A stretch of 64,000 nucleotides of DNA from Bryobacterales bacterium (GTDB taxonomy: Bacteria; Acidobacteriota; Terriglobia; Bryobacterales; Bryobacteraceae): positions 406,280 to 470,279 of the forward strand of contig CAVRBB010000009.1 of NCBI GenBank assembly GCA_963719195.1, given 5' to 3'. Position numbers and translations under genes: made by a program. The notes under the pieces are model-generated. The model was not told the DNA's origin. It searched no databases and saw only the letters and a list, made by a program, of their open reading frames with translations. This document shows, piece after piece, positions 1 to 15,012 of the stretch (positions within the stretch are counted from its first letter, which is position 1; every line of letters begins with the position of its first letter).

Positions 1-1
1 G

Positions 2-1447
<1,446 letters not shown>

Positions 1448-1470
1448 GCGATCCACAAAGCCGGCACACC

Positions 1471-2491
1471 TTATGGACATGCATACCGATCTGAGACGAT
1501 TCTCACTGCTTCGTTGAATCGTGGTTGCCGCATATTCTGTAAGAGGTGTTCCCAATGAACCCTGCCGTAGACGGTTTTCATCTGGTTGTCCGCCAGGTTG
1601 ACCTCGCCCGCCCAGATGCGCCGGTGAAATTCTCTAAAGTCGGGCGCGTTCTCACTGAGATCCAACTGCCGGCCTGAGGAACCCAGCAAGAGGAAGACCA
1701 TGGCGTAGAAAATGTGGGCGACCTGCTGCATGAGGAAGAATCGGGCGAGTTGGTACTGATCAGGCGGTTGTCCAAAATACTCCTGAAGATAAACGCTTTC
1801 CTCTGCGTCGTTGGTGACGAGCAAATTAGCAACGACCGCCAGGTCGGCATACCGATCGTTCAGGAAAGCAGCTTCCCAGTCCACCAGCCATACGCGTTGT
1901 CCGTCGAAAAGGATATTGTCCGGCTTGAATAAGTCGTTGTGACTCGACACCATGTCCGGATCGTGACGCGGGTAAACCGCGGCCAGTTGCGCGTAGCGGG
2001 CGAGGAGTTCCTCGCTTTCACCTTCTGGGAGAATGTTCGCCGCCTGAAACTTCTGGATGAATCCGTCCACGGCAGGTCCCTTTGTTGATCAGGAACATGC
2101 ATGAGGTGTTGATGTGATTCGGCACTCCCGGAAACGGCGGTAGCGCATGCAGGGTCCGCAGCGCAGCGGGTATCCGAGCAAGCGCGTCCGTTACCGCAAA
2201 GGGCGCCGCCTCCACAAAATCTGTGATGGCAATCCGATCCTCTATGCTGGTGTACCAGACATGCGGCGCCAGACCTGCTTCAGCCGCCGCCTTCATGCAT
2301 GTGAAGTGGCGCGTAGGATCGTCTGTCCGCATGATGATCTTCAATAGGAATGGAGATCCTCGCACGACGATGCGAAAGACAAGGGACGAGGTATGACCCC
2401 CGGTCAGCCTGCGGATGTCTTCGAACGCTGTTACACCGAAAGCCTCGCGCAGGCCCCGAATCACTGCCGCGCTCTTCTCTTGCGGAATCAT
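1471..2491 (-). pseudogene. APH/choline-kinase-type phosphotransferase, split by one frame change near 2071-2083
   Basis: ORF 2018-2554 encodes the N-lobe (MIPQEKSAAV...FLLKII...). ORF 1471-2070 encodes the C-lobe with the catalytic HNDLFKPDNILF and VWLVDWE motifs. The two frames overlap at a ccc/ttt run, and the C-frame opens right after a TGA. Confidence 0.65.
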
Positions 2492-2971
2492 GGAGTCCTC
2501 CAATGGTATCGGAATTGATAGGCTACGTCGAAAAGTGACGAAGCAATGCTTCACAATCAGGAATAGTGCTTCGTCTGTCGATGCTACCCCAATACAGGGT
2601 TGAGATCTAGTCTTGTTTTCAATGACTTAGTTTGCTATCCGGAAAGTGGGCGAAAGCAACGCATCGCTCCAAAACGAATCTGCAACGAATCTGCCTCTGC
2701 CCACCCTCCATCCAACTGATCGTGAACGTTTGACGCGCCATGAGGAAGAAACCATATTGGAGGCGCGCCACCGTGGGGTAGGCCACTGCGGACATGATGT
2801 GGCGTCACGGGGAACTGTGTGTGCCTTCTGTGGAGCACCCCCGGTGCCGGATCAAATCACAGCACGCCAAGGCGCTTCTGGCGGTCGGGTGTCGACATTT
2901 CGATCACGGACGTAGGCGTGCAGACCGGCAGGCGGTCGCTAAGCGTCCAGGAGCGCGTCAGTTCGGGCCGC

Positions 2972-3211
2972 CTATTGAATTATCGTTGTCGCCAGGCGTC
3001 CGAGGTCTCCGTACAACGCATTCTGGCTGTTTCTTGCCAACTCTTTTGCCAAGGCGGCCAGGAAGTACCACAAATCGCCCACGTCTTCCGGCGTGTTCCT
3101 GTACTGTGTCGCGACGGTGACCCCCATTTGGTAGCTCACAAAGGCCGCGCAAAATCTTCGCGCGAGCTCTCTATCTCCGCTGCTCTTATCCAACATGCTC
3201 CCCATCTCCAT
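2972..3211 (-). CDS. Small hypothetical protein (79 aa)
   Basis: Intact ORF with protein-like composition (..PEDVGDLWYFLAALAKELARN..). No family recognised with confidence. Confidence 0.3.
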   Translation of the reverse strand: MEMGSMLDKSSGDRELARRFCAAFVSYQMGVTVATQYRNTPEDVGDLWYFLAALAKELARNSQNALYGDLGRLATTIIQ

Positions 3212-3450
3212 ACTCTACTCGTATCACGTACTTCCGGCTAGCCGACGATCCTCTCGGAACCGCCGACTATCGTAGTCCAGTTGCGAGCCGATGCGCCAGC
3301 CGCCAGCATCGCCGTAAATCACCGCGCGGTCAACCTGGAGGAAAGCGTGACCTGAAGTTCTCGCGTCTGCCAGCGGATCGGCCCGATTCTGCAGCCGCTT
3401 TTGCCGCTGCCGTCCGTCGCCCGGCCGCAGGCCGAAAAGGCCGATGGTTT

Positions 3451-4179
3451 TCAGACCGGAGGCTTTGAAGCGGTCAGGAGGGTTGTGGCGGCGACCGGAT
3501 TGCCCCACCAGAATCTCCAGCCCAGCCGACGCCGCTCCACGTTCGACGCTCCGAGTGTCCGCAAAGCATCCGCATAAACCGCCGTGGCGCGGATGTCTGC
3601 GATCACTATCCGCCCCCCGGGTTTCAAGACCCGGCACCCTTCGCTGATCGCCCGCTTACGATCGGCATTCGATCGGATGTTGTGTATCGCGAGGCTCGAA
3701 ACCACCAGATCGAAGGTTGCATCCGGAAACGGAAGTGCCCGCATGTCGGCAGTCTCGATAAGCACGCGATCACTAACCCCTTCCCAGGACGCGTTGCGCA
3801 CGGTGACGTCTTTCGCGTTGCCCGACTGATCCGAGGTACTCCAGATATCCACGCCAGTCACCCGGCCCGTGGTCAACCTGCGGGCGACGGCGGTCAGCAC
3901 CGCACCTCGGCCGCACCCCATGTCGAGCACCATCTCGTCGCCGCGTACGTGAAGGCGATCCAGAATGTGCTCCCATTCTAGGAACTTGCCGCGCCTGGTT
4001 GTGTAAAAGAAACTGCTTGCGTTCCCAAAGAAGAAAACAAAATAGAGCGTGAGCGGCCTGGCGACCTGAATTGACGAACGCCACCAAGCCATCGCCGCGG
4101 CGAGCCCGGTGACAAGCGCCAACAATCCAAAGATCACCAGCGCATAAGGCGCATCGTATCCGTATTCGCCGCGTCGCAT
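3451..4179 (-). CDS. Class I SAM-dependent methyltransferase with an N-terminal membrane anchor
   Basis: SAM-binding motif VLDMGCGRG, LKPGGRIVIAD, and two hydrophobic N-terminal segments. Confidence 0.8.
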   Translation of the reverse strand: MRRGEYGYDAPYALVIFGLLALVTGLAAAMAWWRSSIQVARPLTLYFVFFFGNASSFFYTTRRGKFLEWEHILDRLHVRGDEMVLDMGCGRGAVLTAVARRLTTGRVTGVDIWSTSDQSGNAKDVTVRNASWEGVSDRVLIETADMRALPFPDATFDLVVSSLAIHNIRSNADRKRAISEGCRVLKPGGRIVIADIRATAVYADALRTLGASNVERRRLGWRFWWGNPVAATTLLTASKPPV

Positions 4180-4530
4180 TCGATTGAGTGGAATTATACC
4201 CCGTTATTGTGTCCCCGCTCCCGTCACACACTCCTTGAGGTAAATGGTTCTGCGGATGTCTGCTTGTTACTCTCTGAGCTTCGCGCCCCCCTGCCAGCCT
4301 TCGGCCAACGAGCTCGCGGGCGGATAACGCGCCATCCGTACCTTGACCGCGATGCCACTGGTAAGATCCTCCCTGACGGCGTAGGGGCGATCGATCGGAC
4401 GAAACCGCACCGCTTCCGAATGAGTCGCTCCTGGACAACAAGACTGCACAACGCGAGTCGTAAGTTAGCCCAGGCCGGATTGGCGCTCCGCAACCAGTTC
4501 GCGCGGCGCGGCAGGCCTGAAGGCTACCTA

Positions 4531-5346
4531 CTACGTGTGATAGCGCTCCATCGTTCTCGGGTTGTAGCCCCAGTGGAACTCGAGCTCGTAGGCCATGGAT
4601 CTGGCCAGACCGTCGAGATCGGGAAACAGCGTGGAGTAAGTGATGTTCATCCGGTACAACTCACGCATGCCGGTCTCGCGCACGGGGTTGGTCAGAACGA
4701 TCTTGGCCAGGATGTTCTCCTGGTCCCTGTCGCTCAGCATCTCCTCGATCGGCACATCCAGCACACCAGGCACGACGAATGTTCCGGACTGCGCGATCAG
4801 GCGGCGGTTCATGATATGCGGCTCGCCCAGCCAGATGAAGTGGTGATCGCCGTTGATGAAGTATTTCGGGAAATTGCCTTTGGGCCGCGGATCCATGCGT
4901 GTCGGCTTGGGCGCGCGGGTGCTGTCGATGCGCGCGGGGTTCATGGCCCAGACCACGCCGTCGGCCAGCGTGCGCTCCAGCGCGAAGAACGCCGCGACGT
5001 AGGGCGACCAGGTGAAGTCGATCAGGCGGGTGGGCGCGCCGTGGTGCTGCATGAGCGCCAGCCACTGGAAATCGTCGTCCCAATCGGGAGGCTGGCCCAG
5101 GAACTGGTGGGCCTTGCGCTTGAAGATCCGCAGGATGCGCGCTTCCTGCTGCGGCCAGGCCGGCTGGGCGACTCCGAAATTCTGCAAATAGCGCGAGAGA
5201 GAACTGTAGAGCGGCCAGCGTTCGTCGCGCTCGCCGCGAAAGGCCCAATTCGAATACGGGGGGCTGGTAACCAGCCCGAGGAACGCCTCCCAGGATTCCA
5301 GCCGGAGAATGCGGTATGACCTGCGGGTCGGCTTGCGAGCTGCCAT
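4531..5346 (-). CDS. FRG domain-containing protein
   Basis: WAFRGERDERW plus LALMQHHGAPTRLIDFTWSPYVAAFFA, which are hallmark FRG-domain motifs. The start lies 3 nt after the upstream DUF362 gene stop. Confidence 0.75.
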   Translation of the reverse strand: MAARKPTRRSYRILRLESWEAFLGLVTSPPYSNWAFRGERDERWPLYSSLSRYLQNFGVAQPAWPQQEARILRIFKRKAHQFLGQPPDWDDDFQWLALMQHHGAPTRLIDFTWSPYVAAFFALERTLADGVVWAMNPARIDSTRAPKPTRMDPRPKGNFPKYFINGDHHFIWLGEPHIMNRRLIAQSGTFVVPGVLDVPIEEMLSDRDQENILAKIVLTNPVRETGMRELYRMNITYSTLFPDLDGLARSMAYELEFHWGYNPRTMERYHT

Positions 5347-5349
5347 CCA

Positions 5350-6474
5350 CTAGCTATCGTAGCGGTATACGGCTTGCCCGATGGAGACGCCGCGCACGTC
5401 GATGCGCTTGAGATCGGTGGTGCCCACGCCGTGGCCGTCGGCCAACAGCAGGGTGTTGTCGCAAGTCTGGAACGGCGCGGTGCCGCGCGTGGCGCGGGGG
5501 TTGTAGCCCATTACGGCGGCAGACACGGCGTCCGTACACACCGGGTTCAGTCCCGCGATGAGCACGCCGGGCTTCACCGCGCGGATGCCGCGAATCCAGG
5601 GTCCTTCGCCGCCGGCAATGGACTCCACGCCGTCGATGATGGCGAGGTGAATGGGCCGGGCGGCCACAATGTCTGCAACGATGTGGGGAACGCGGTAGCC
5701 GGGATCGTGATTGGCGCCGAAGTGCAGCTCCTGTGGCGCGGATTTCGACGGCTGGCGGCGCCCCTCGTGGCCGGTTCGCAGGCGGCCGTCGGTGGGACTC
5801 TCGTTGGGCTCGTCCACGCCGGCACTGTCGCCGTAGATCGAGGCCGGCAGCATGCCGAAGCAGTTTTTCAATGAAAGGGTCACACCGCAGGTGGCGTGGT
5901 TCTTCAGCTTGGCCATGCTCACGAAAACGTCGGTTTCCTGGTAGGCGTGATTCAGATCGTAACCGGGGTACATGTAGGGGTTGCCGGGCACCAGGAAGCG
6001 GGCATATTTCTTGCCCTTGCCGAGCGCGTTGGTGTTTTCGAACTCCACGCCGGGCGCGGCGGACTGCAGGGCGCGCAGATTCCAGCCGGAATCGAGGATC
6101 ACGTCTTCGAGCGGGCCGCCGGTGCCCCAGGAACTCTCCACGAAGCGGATGCGGCGGGCGCCCGCACGTCCCATGAGGTACGCCGTGGATCCGACCAGCT
6201 TGGGATGTATGTAGTGGGTGAGCGCCGGTGCCATACCGTGAAATTTCTGACTGGGGCTGCCCGTCATGTTCAGCTTCACGGTGACGGTTTTGTTGCGCAC
6301 CAGGCGTTCGAGCCCACCCAACTGATCGAACATTTTGGCCAGGGCCGCCGTGACGTCCTCATCGTAAGAGGCGCACTTGGCAATCGAAACCGGCGCGGCC
6401 GGCGCATCCGGAACGGGCGACGCCTGTAACAGGGGCGCCGCGGAAATCATCGCAAGCCATTCTCTCCGAGTCAT
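5350..6474 (-). CDS. DUF362 domain-containing protein with a Tat-type signal peptide
   Basis: N-terminus MTRREWLAMISAAPLL is Tat-like. The core VFVSMAKLKNHATCGVTLSLKNCFGMLP is typical of DUF362. Confidence 0.7.
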   Translation of the reverse strand: MTRREWLAMISAAPLLQASPVPDAPAAPVSIAKCASYDEDVTAALAKMFDQLGGLERLVRNKTVTVKLNMTGSPSQKFHGMAPALTHYIHPKLVGSTAYLMGRAGARRIRFVESSWGTGGPLEDVILDSGWNLRALQSAAPGVEFENTNALGKGKKYARFLVPGNPYMYPGYDLNHAYQETDVFVSMAKLKNHATCGVTLSLKNCFGMLPASIYGDSAGVDEPNESPTDGRLRTGHEGRRQPSKSAPQELHFGANHDPGYRVPHIVADIVAARPIHLAIIDGVESIAGGEGPWIRGIRAVKPGVLIAGLNPVCTDAVSAAVMGYNPRATRGTAPFQTCDNTLLLADGHGVGTTDLKRIDVRGVSIGQAVYRYDS

Positions 6475-6477
6475 GCG

Positions 6478-7869
6478 TTATTGCTCCAGTCTGACCGTGG
6501 CGCAGACGGAAACTTTCTCGATGTCCACGCCTCCCCCCTCTTCGGTCTGGTAAATCTCCAGCTTCTTCTCCGCGCCTTCCGGTGTCATGAGCGTGGCGTG
6601 CTTGTAGTCACCCAGGAAGTGCACGGTTACGTTCTCCACCGGGTAATCCGAGTAATTGACCAGGTGCAGGATAGCGGTCTTGCCGTCGTCCGACGCCAGC
6701 AGATTGGAGAGCATCGACGACACGTTGAACAGCCGCACTCCCAGGTTGCGTCTTCCCACCATGGAATTGACATCGCGCCAGATGTCGTTGAGCCGTTCCA
6801 GCTCGGCCTTTTCCAGCGTGATGCTGGAGCCGTGGGGCGTGGGATCTTTCCAGCCCGGCGGCCCGGTGAGCAGGGTGCCGCCGGAGCGTGTGAAGTTGCG
6901 CAGAACTTCCTTCTGTTCGGGCGTGAGGCTGTCGGCATCCACATCGACGGCGAGGCTCGCACCCGCGAGAGCGCCGGCGGAAAGATGCTGTCGCGGGATG
7001 GGCCGCACGGGCGTGTGCTTGACGGCGATCATGTCGAGAATGCCGCCCGAGAGCAGCCCGCCCTTGGCCGGGTCCTGCACCAGCGCCAGCTTGCCGGCCG
7101 GCTGCATGCGGCGCCATTCGGGATGGGACTCGAAATAACGCACCAGGGTGTTGATGCGCCGCCAGTCGCTGAGGGCGTCGGCGTCACGTTTTTCGAGGCG
7201 GCCGGCGAAATCGGGATCGACGGCGAGCACCCAGCGAGCGCCGGAGATGGCGGCATCGGCAATCACCTGGAGGTAGCGCGTGGAGGTCACGACGGTATGG
7301 GGCGGCGGCTGGTTGGCGATCCAGATGACCGCATCGCGCCAGGCGCGCACGGAGCGGATGAAGCCGGTGTTGGTATCGATCCACACGGAACTGGTGGGAC
7401 CGGCCTTCTTGGCGCCCTCATCCTCCGCGGCGACGCCGGGCCAGACTCCCTGGTATGTGCCGAGGATCGGGGCCTGGGAGCTCAGCGGCATGCGATTGCG
7501 CGCGGTGAGCTCGACCACGGGAGTGTCGCCGGCGGCTTCGCGCACGCGGGCGGGAGTGCCCTCGGGGAAGTCGCCCTCGAGCACGATGCCGGCCACGTGG
7601 ACTGCGAGGGCTTGGCGCGTGGCGGCGACGGGATCTTCGCCGGGCGCGATCACGGCCAGCGCGGCGAGCCCCTGCTTAGTGGCCGCAGCCACAAAATCGG
7701 CGGGATAGGCCTTCAGCAGAAGGCAGTTGAGCGGGCTCTCGGCGAGCAGGTCGAGCGATTTTGTGGCAGCCCAGGGCCAGCGGACCGGGACCCAGTCGGC
7801 GGGCCGCGGAACCGCGGCAGTGCCGAGCGATGCCAACATACCGGCCCAGAGGCCCAGGCGCATCCACAT
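6478..7869 (-). CDS. Secreted hypothetical protein (463 aa)
   Basis: Signal-peptide-like N-terminus. Long intact ORF 3 nt upstream of the DUF362 gene. No family recognised. Confidence 0.6.
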   Translation of the reverse strand: MWMRLGLWAGMLASLGTAAVPRPADWVPVRWPWAATKSLDLLAESPLNCLLLKAYPADFVAAATKQGLAALAVIAPGEDPVAATRQALAVHVAGIVLEGDFPEGTPARVREAAGDTPVVELTARNRMPLSSQAPILGTYQGVWPGVAAEDEGAKKAGPTSSVWIDTNTGFIRSVRAWRDAVIWIANQPPPHTVVTSTRYLQVIADAAISGARWVLAVDPDFAGRLEKRDADALSDWRRINTLVRYFESHPEWRRMQPAGKLALVQDPAKGGLLSGGILDMIAVKHTPVRPIPRQHLSAGALAGASLAVDVDADSLTPEQKEVLRNFTRSGGTLLTGPPGWKDPTPHGSSITLEKAELERLNDIWRDVNSMVGRRNLGVRLFNVSSMLSNLLASDDGKTAILHLVNYSDYPVENVTVHFLGDYKHATLMTPEGAEKKLEIYQTEEGGGVDIEKVSVCATVRLEQ

Positions 7870-7890
7870 ATTATTTAGATTACCAAGCGC

Positions 7891-8283
7891 TCACTTGGGA
7901 TCGAACTTCAGCGCGGCGGAGTTGATACAGTAGCGCAGGCCGGTGGGCTCGGGTCCGTCTTCGAAGACGTGGCCGAGGTGCGCGTCGCACTGGCTGCACA
8001 GGACCTCGGTGCGCTCCATGAAATGGCTGGTGTCGCGCTCCGTGGCGACGTTTTCCGGGGTTGCGGGCGCGTAGAAACTGGGCCAGCCGGTGCCCGAATC
8101 GAACTTTTCGTCGGACCGGAACAGCGGGGCGCCGCAGCAGGTGCAGCGGTACATGCCCTCGTCATGATTGTTCCAATAGCGGCCTGTGAATGCCCGCTCG
8201 GTACCTTTCTGGCGCGCTACGGCAAACTCCTCCGGCGCCAGTTCCTGCTTCCATTCGGCATCGCTCTTCTGAACTTTGTTCAC
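7891..8283 (-). CDS. msrB: Peptide-methionine (R)-S-oxide reductase
   Basis: Two CxxC zinc motifs ([19 protein letters not shown]) and the catalytic RYCINS. GTG start at 8283 is preceded by GGAGGGAGG. The longer listed ORF (to 8772) is an N-terminal artefact. Confidence 0.9.
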   Translation of the reverse strand: MNKVQKSDAEWKQELAPEEFAVARQKGTERAFTGRYWNNHDEGMYRCTCCGAPLFRSDEKFDSGTGWPSFYAPATPENVATERDTSHFMERTEVLCSQCDAHLGHVFEDGPEPTGLRYCINSAALKFDPK

Positions 8284-8397
8284 GTGGACAGCCTCCCTCC
8301 CTGCTTCTACGATGGCATGTTTTTCGGCAGGGCGGGCGTGGTAAGATCTCAGAAATCTCACCCCGTCGTGAAATCCAAGAAAACTGGGAGTTGAAAT

Positions 8398-11539
<3,142 letters not shown>

Positions 11540-12018
11540 GACACTGCGGCTGAGCGGGAGGTGTCGATTTCAGACGTTGCGGGCGGCCGGGGCTTCGCGG
11601 ACTTATCGCCGTGCGTATCCGGCCGCCAATGGTTTTGAGCCGCATCTCTCCGGGGGCATTGGAATCGCTTTATGGCGCTACGTTTACCCGCCAGCTTCGA
11701 TGTCCTGGCTCGCCGATATCAGATGGGACGGCGATACGCGCTATCCGCTCTCCATCTGCGGTTTCAGGTTCGAACCTGAGATCTCCCCGCCGGCCCCATA
11801 CCTATAGTTGGCAACCGTGCGGGCCTTAACGGCCCTACAGGGAGTTCGTCACCACCGTAATGCAACGCTTCTCTGGCCAGGAAGAAAAACTGTTGGGGCC
11901 GGCGCGGTGGGGCGCAAGCCTCTGACTCGATTTCAGAGTAGCAGGCGGGGAAAGGGGTGCCGTCCGGGGAGTGGCCGCAAGTGATTGAGCCTGTTCGAAA
12001 CATTTTCTGCGGCAGGCC

Positions 12019-12570
12019 GTGATTGGGGCATTGCGGGTCGCCACAACGGGGCTGGTCCTCGTTGCGGGCGCGTCGTACCTGATGGTCGAAAACGTAACGC
12101 TGCGGTCCCGTGTGTCGGGGCTCGAAGCCCAACGCACCGATTCAGGAGCCCGGGCGGAGGCGCTCCGGCGTCAACTCGACGAGGAGCGAGGCCGCGATAT
12201 CCACCCGGTTCCGTCGTCCGCGCCGGTTGCGTCGCTGGTTCTCCTGCCGGGCCTCTCGCGTGCGGAAACGCGCCTGCAAGAACTCGAGCTGAATTCCTCG
12301 ATGCAGGTCGCCCGGATAGAAATCGAGGTCGAAGCCAGGGACGACTTTCCGCGATTCCGCGCCGAGCTTCGCAAGCGTACCGGTGAGGAGGTGTTGACCC
12401 GGAGCCAACTCCACAGGCGGGTCGAAGGCGGACGGTACGTCGTATCCTTTGATGTCCCCGCGGAAGCGCTTGCCGCCGGCACGTACGAACTGACGCTCAA
12501 GGGAGTCGCCAACGATCACACGGCGGAGGACGTCGGATATTACTACTTCGCGGTCGTGCGGAAAAGCTGA
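12019..12570 (+). CDS. Membrane-anchored hypothetical protein (183 aa)
   Basis: One N-terminal TM segment, a coiled-coil-like stretch and a beta-rich C-terminal domain. Family and start codon are uncertain. Confidence 0.5.
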   Translation: MIGALRVATTGLVLVAGASYLMVENVTLRSRVSGLEAQRTDSGARAEALRRQLDEERGRDIHPVPSSAPVASLVLLPGLSRAETRLQELELNSSMQVARIEIEVEARDDFPRFRAELRKRTGEEVLTRSQLHRRVEGGRYVVSFDVPAEALAAGTYELTLKGVANDHTAEDVGYYYFAVVRKS

Positions 12571-12966
12571 TCAGGAGGACCTCCTGCCAGAAACCGATGC
12601 TGCGATCGAGACAACCGCCACGATCAGCAGCCACGATGCGAAGGGAACTACGAGGAAGATGAAGCCGACTTTCGCCCGGATTTGACCGGACGCTACCGCT
12701 CCATAGATGAACACAGAACCGAGCGCGAGCACTACCATAACGGCGTTCAATGCCGCGCGGGCCGGCGCGGACCACCGATGCGAAACGGTGCTCGCCCACA
12801 GCGTCGCCACGAAGGGCGAGAGCACCCAAACCGCGAAGACCAGCACCAGGATAGGGGACTTGTTAAAACGGCTGGCGTAGAGCATCAAACCGAGCGATGC
12901 GACAGCTCCAGCGATCACGGTGATCATCGCCGCTCTGCGTAATCCCCGGCTGCTCGCTGGAGCCAT
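12571..12966 (-). CDS. Small integral membrane protein (about 4 TM)
   Basis: 131 aa, dominated by four hydrophobic segments. The stop abuts the stop of the convergent 12019 gene. Confidence 0.55.
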   Translation of the reverse strand: MAPASSRGLRRAAMITVIAGAVASLGLMLYASRFNKSPILVLVFAVWVLSPFVATLWASTVSHRWSAPARAALNAVMVVLALGSVFIYGAVASGQIRAKVGFIFLVVPFASWLLIVAVVSIAASVSGRRSS

Positions 12967-13495
12967 TGTACGATTTTGACAGAACAGGGCGATTCCCGGA
13001 AGCTACCTGTAATTCCGCGGTCAAGCCGCTTTCGCGGGCTCCTGCGTGTCAGGCCTCGGGCGGCGTCTGCCGAATCGAAACCCGTAAAATCGGGCAGCCG
13101 ATCGCTACGGCGAGCACCGCATTCCAGATCAACTACGAGCCAGCGGTGGCCACGAACGCGGACGCACCCGTACCGTTCATCTTGCGAAGGGTTCTCCATG
13201 TGCCCACATCGAGCAGATTGGCCATGGACGTTCTCGCGGCGCCACCGCACCACGGCGAGGCGGCCAGTAGCGGACCGGATGCACTCACCCGATGCCCTTC
13301 AGTACCTCCATCAGGTGCGCCGCAGCCGGTCCCGACCCGCCAGTCGCCGCCGGCAAAATCGCGCCGATTCCACGGAGCAACGCCGCTGGAATTGCGCAAC
13401 CAGACCGATAGGGATCTGTTGGTTATCGCGCTGGTCGTTGAAGTAAAATTGATCGTGAAGAGGACTTGAGAGTACCGGTTTGTGCGGCCGCCTTT

Positions 13496-14977
13496 TCATG
13501 CCGCCAACCTGGTTCCTTCAGCCCTGGAAAGGTCCAGACGGTCGCGGAGGAATTTCACAAGGATTACGGTTTTTGCGGCAGTGGCGAGAAATTCCGGAAG
13601 GGTACTGCGGAGGGCAATGGCCACGACCTGTTCCGAGGGGGCCAGCCCTCCCCGAACCGTACGGATCCAGGAACCAAAGGAAAGCCATACTAACTTCGGT
13701 TCCATCGCCGAGAGGATCTGAAGCAGGCCCTGGGCGATGAGTCCGAGTTGGATGTGGCGATGATAGGCCGCGATCTTTCGGCGGACGGCATTGCGGTAGT
13801 CCTCGGACTTGTGGTGCAGGTACTGGTTACCGCTGACACGCCGTAGGGGAGTCATGGCCACCATCCAGAAGTGATACGCATAAGCGCCGATGACCCGGAT
13901 GGCCTGCTTGAAGGACACTTCAATCTTGAATCGCAAGCCATAGAGGCGGATGATCTCGAGGGGAGAGAGGGTCAGGTCGGTGCTCATCAGCAGGATGGCG
14001 CCGCGAAGGGGATGGAGCACCACGACGAAGCGGACGAGGATGCCGACAGGGCGCCACAATAGGTCGGCGGTGCGGAAGCGGAGGATCACATTCTTCTCGC
14101 CATAGACGGGGCTGGGCGCCTGCTGGAGTTGGGCAGACTGTTTCAACAGCGCGGCAACCTTGATCTTCCTGCCGTACTTCTTCGGCCTGCCGCGACGCCG
14201 TCGCCGGTTGGGAGGCGGGAGTGATGCCGGGAAGAAAGCCACGCTGTTGCTCTTGACCCGGGTGACCAGATGGTGGCCTTTGGCGAGCAACCCACGAGCG
14301 ATCTTGCCGGAGGCATAGTACGCATCGGCCACGAAGTAGCAGGGCTCTTTCAGGCGGAGCGAATCGAGCAGCAGGATCATCTTGTCGAGGAGGGTCCGGT
14401 GGTCGCGGTTGGAAAAGACCGTGCCTTCGTGGATGCGACAAGCCAAAGGCAAGGCGAATACGCTGGACAAGGCTTGGGCGAGCACGGCGACCGCCTGGCA
14501 GGAGTGGCCGAAGATGAACTCCGGCTTGTTGTTGGAGTCCGATTCTTGATGGAGTTTTTTGACTCCCGGCATTTTGCGTCCGGCCTTGGCGACCTTGATG
14601 CCGTCGGCGACGAGGACGGGCCTGCCGTTGACGCGTAGGATGCCGGGGTGGACGCGGAAGACCAGAGCGCACCAGGCAAGGGTGAGCTTGTTCAGATCCA
14701 GGGCTTGGCTATGGAAGAAGTCCAGGAGTCGGTCGTAGCAGGCCGGCTCCAATCCCAGGGCGCGCACGATACTGGTGACGCCCAGTAGATCCTTGCGAAC
14801 GGTGAAACCGGCCAGGCAGAGCGCCATCCCGAGGAAGGTTCGGGTCCGGGCGCAGGCGGACCGCAAACCGCACACCAAATTCCACCAGTGACTCCAGAGC
14901 ATGAGCGGCCTCCTGGCCGGGTGGTGCGAAGCATCGGCATTTATGGCTTGACGATAAGCCGCTGTATAGTATAGCAT
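13496..14977 (-). CDS. IS4/IS701-like DDE transposase
   Basis: 493 aa with VLVADG, YFVADAYYASG and the RFKIEVSFKQ (E...K) signature. Basic RRRRRGRPKKYGRK stretch. The exact IS family was not determined. Confidence 0.85.
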   Translation of the reverse strand: MLYYTAAYRQAINADASHHPARRPLMLWSHWWNLVCGLRSACARTRTFLGMALCLAGFTVRKDLLGVTSIVRALGLEPACYDRLLDFFHSQALDLNKLTLAWCALVFRVHPGILRVNGRPVLVADGIKVAKAGRKMPGVKKLHQESDSNNKPEFIFGHSCQAVAVLAQALSSVFALPLACRIHEGTVFSNRDHRTLLDKMILLLDSLRLKEPCYFVADAYYASGKIARGLLAKGHHLVTRVKSNSVAFFPASLPPPNRRRRRGRPKKYGRKIKVAALLKQSAQLQQAPSPVYGEKNVILRFRTADLLWRPVGILVRFVVVLHPLRGAILLMSTDLTLSPLEIIRLYGLRFKIEVSFKQAIRVIGAYAYHFWMVAMTPLRRVSGNQYLHHKSEDYRNAVRRKIAAYHRHIQLGLIAQGLLQILSAMEPKLVWLSFGSWIRTVRGGLAPSEQVVAIALRSTLPEFLATAAKTVILVKFLRDRLDLSRAEGTRLAA

Positions 14978-14993
14978 ATTTATGCTATACTAT
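14966..14993. repeat. Perfect 12-bp inverted repeat (ATAGTATAGCAT / ATGCTATACTAT, 4-nt spacer) spanning the transposase start codon
   Basis: Read directly. It sits in the 35-bp gap between the divergent transposase (ATG at 14977) and the 15013 ORF. Confidence 0.7.
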
Positions 14994-15012
14994 CGATGTA
15001 AAAGGAGGCATC

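Noticed and set aside
3224-3450. Coding-like tail (..VDRAVIYGDAGGWRIGSQLDYDSRRFRE..) downstream of the methyltransferase
   Set aside because: There is no plausible start codon after the methyltransferase stop and no recognisable family. It may be a remnant.
4267-4449. 60-aa minus-strand ORF (..VRFRPIDRPYAVREDLTSGIAVKVRMARYPP..)
   Set aside because: It is short, has no RBS or family assignment, and overlaps a competing ORF. It could be a fragment but is not supportable.
4207-5319. 370-aa plus-strand ORF
   Set aside because: It lies entirely antisense to the well-supported FRG gene. Its Arg/Gly/Ala-rich composition is typical of shadow ORFs in GC-rich DNA.
6481-7878. 465-aa plus-strand ORF
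   Set aside because: It is antisense to the 6478-7869 gene, with low-complexity G/R/A-rich translation and no motifs.
12967-13456. Multi-frame coding-like stretches on the minus strand (for example GAILPAATGGSGPAAAHLMEVLKGIG; AFVATAGS*LIWNAVLAVAIGCPIL)
   Set aside because: There is no intact ORF and I cannot name a family. It may be a decayed membrane-protein gene next to the IS, but the evidence is too thin for a feature.
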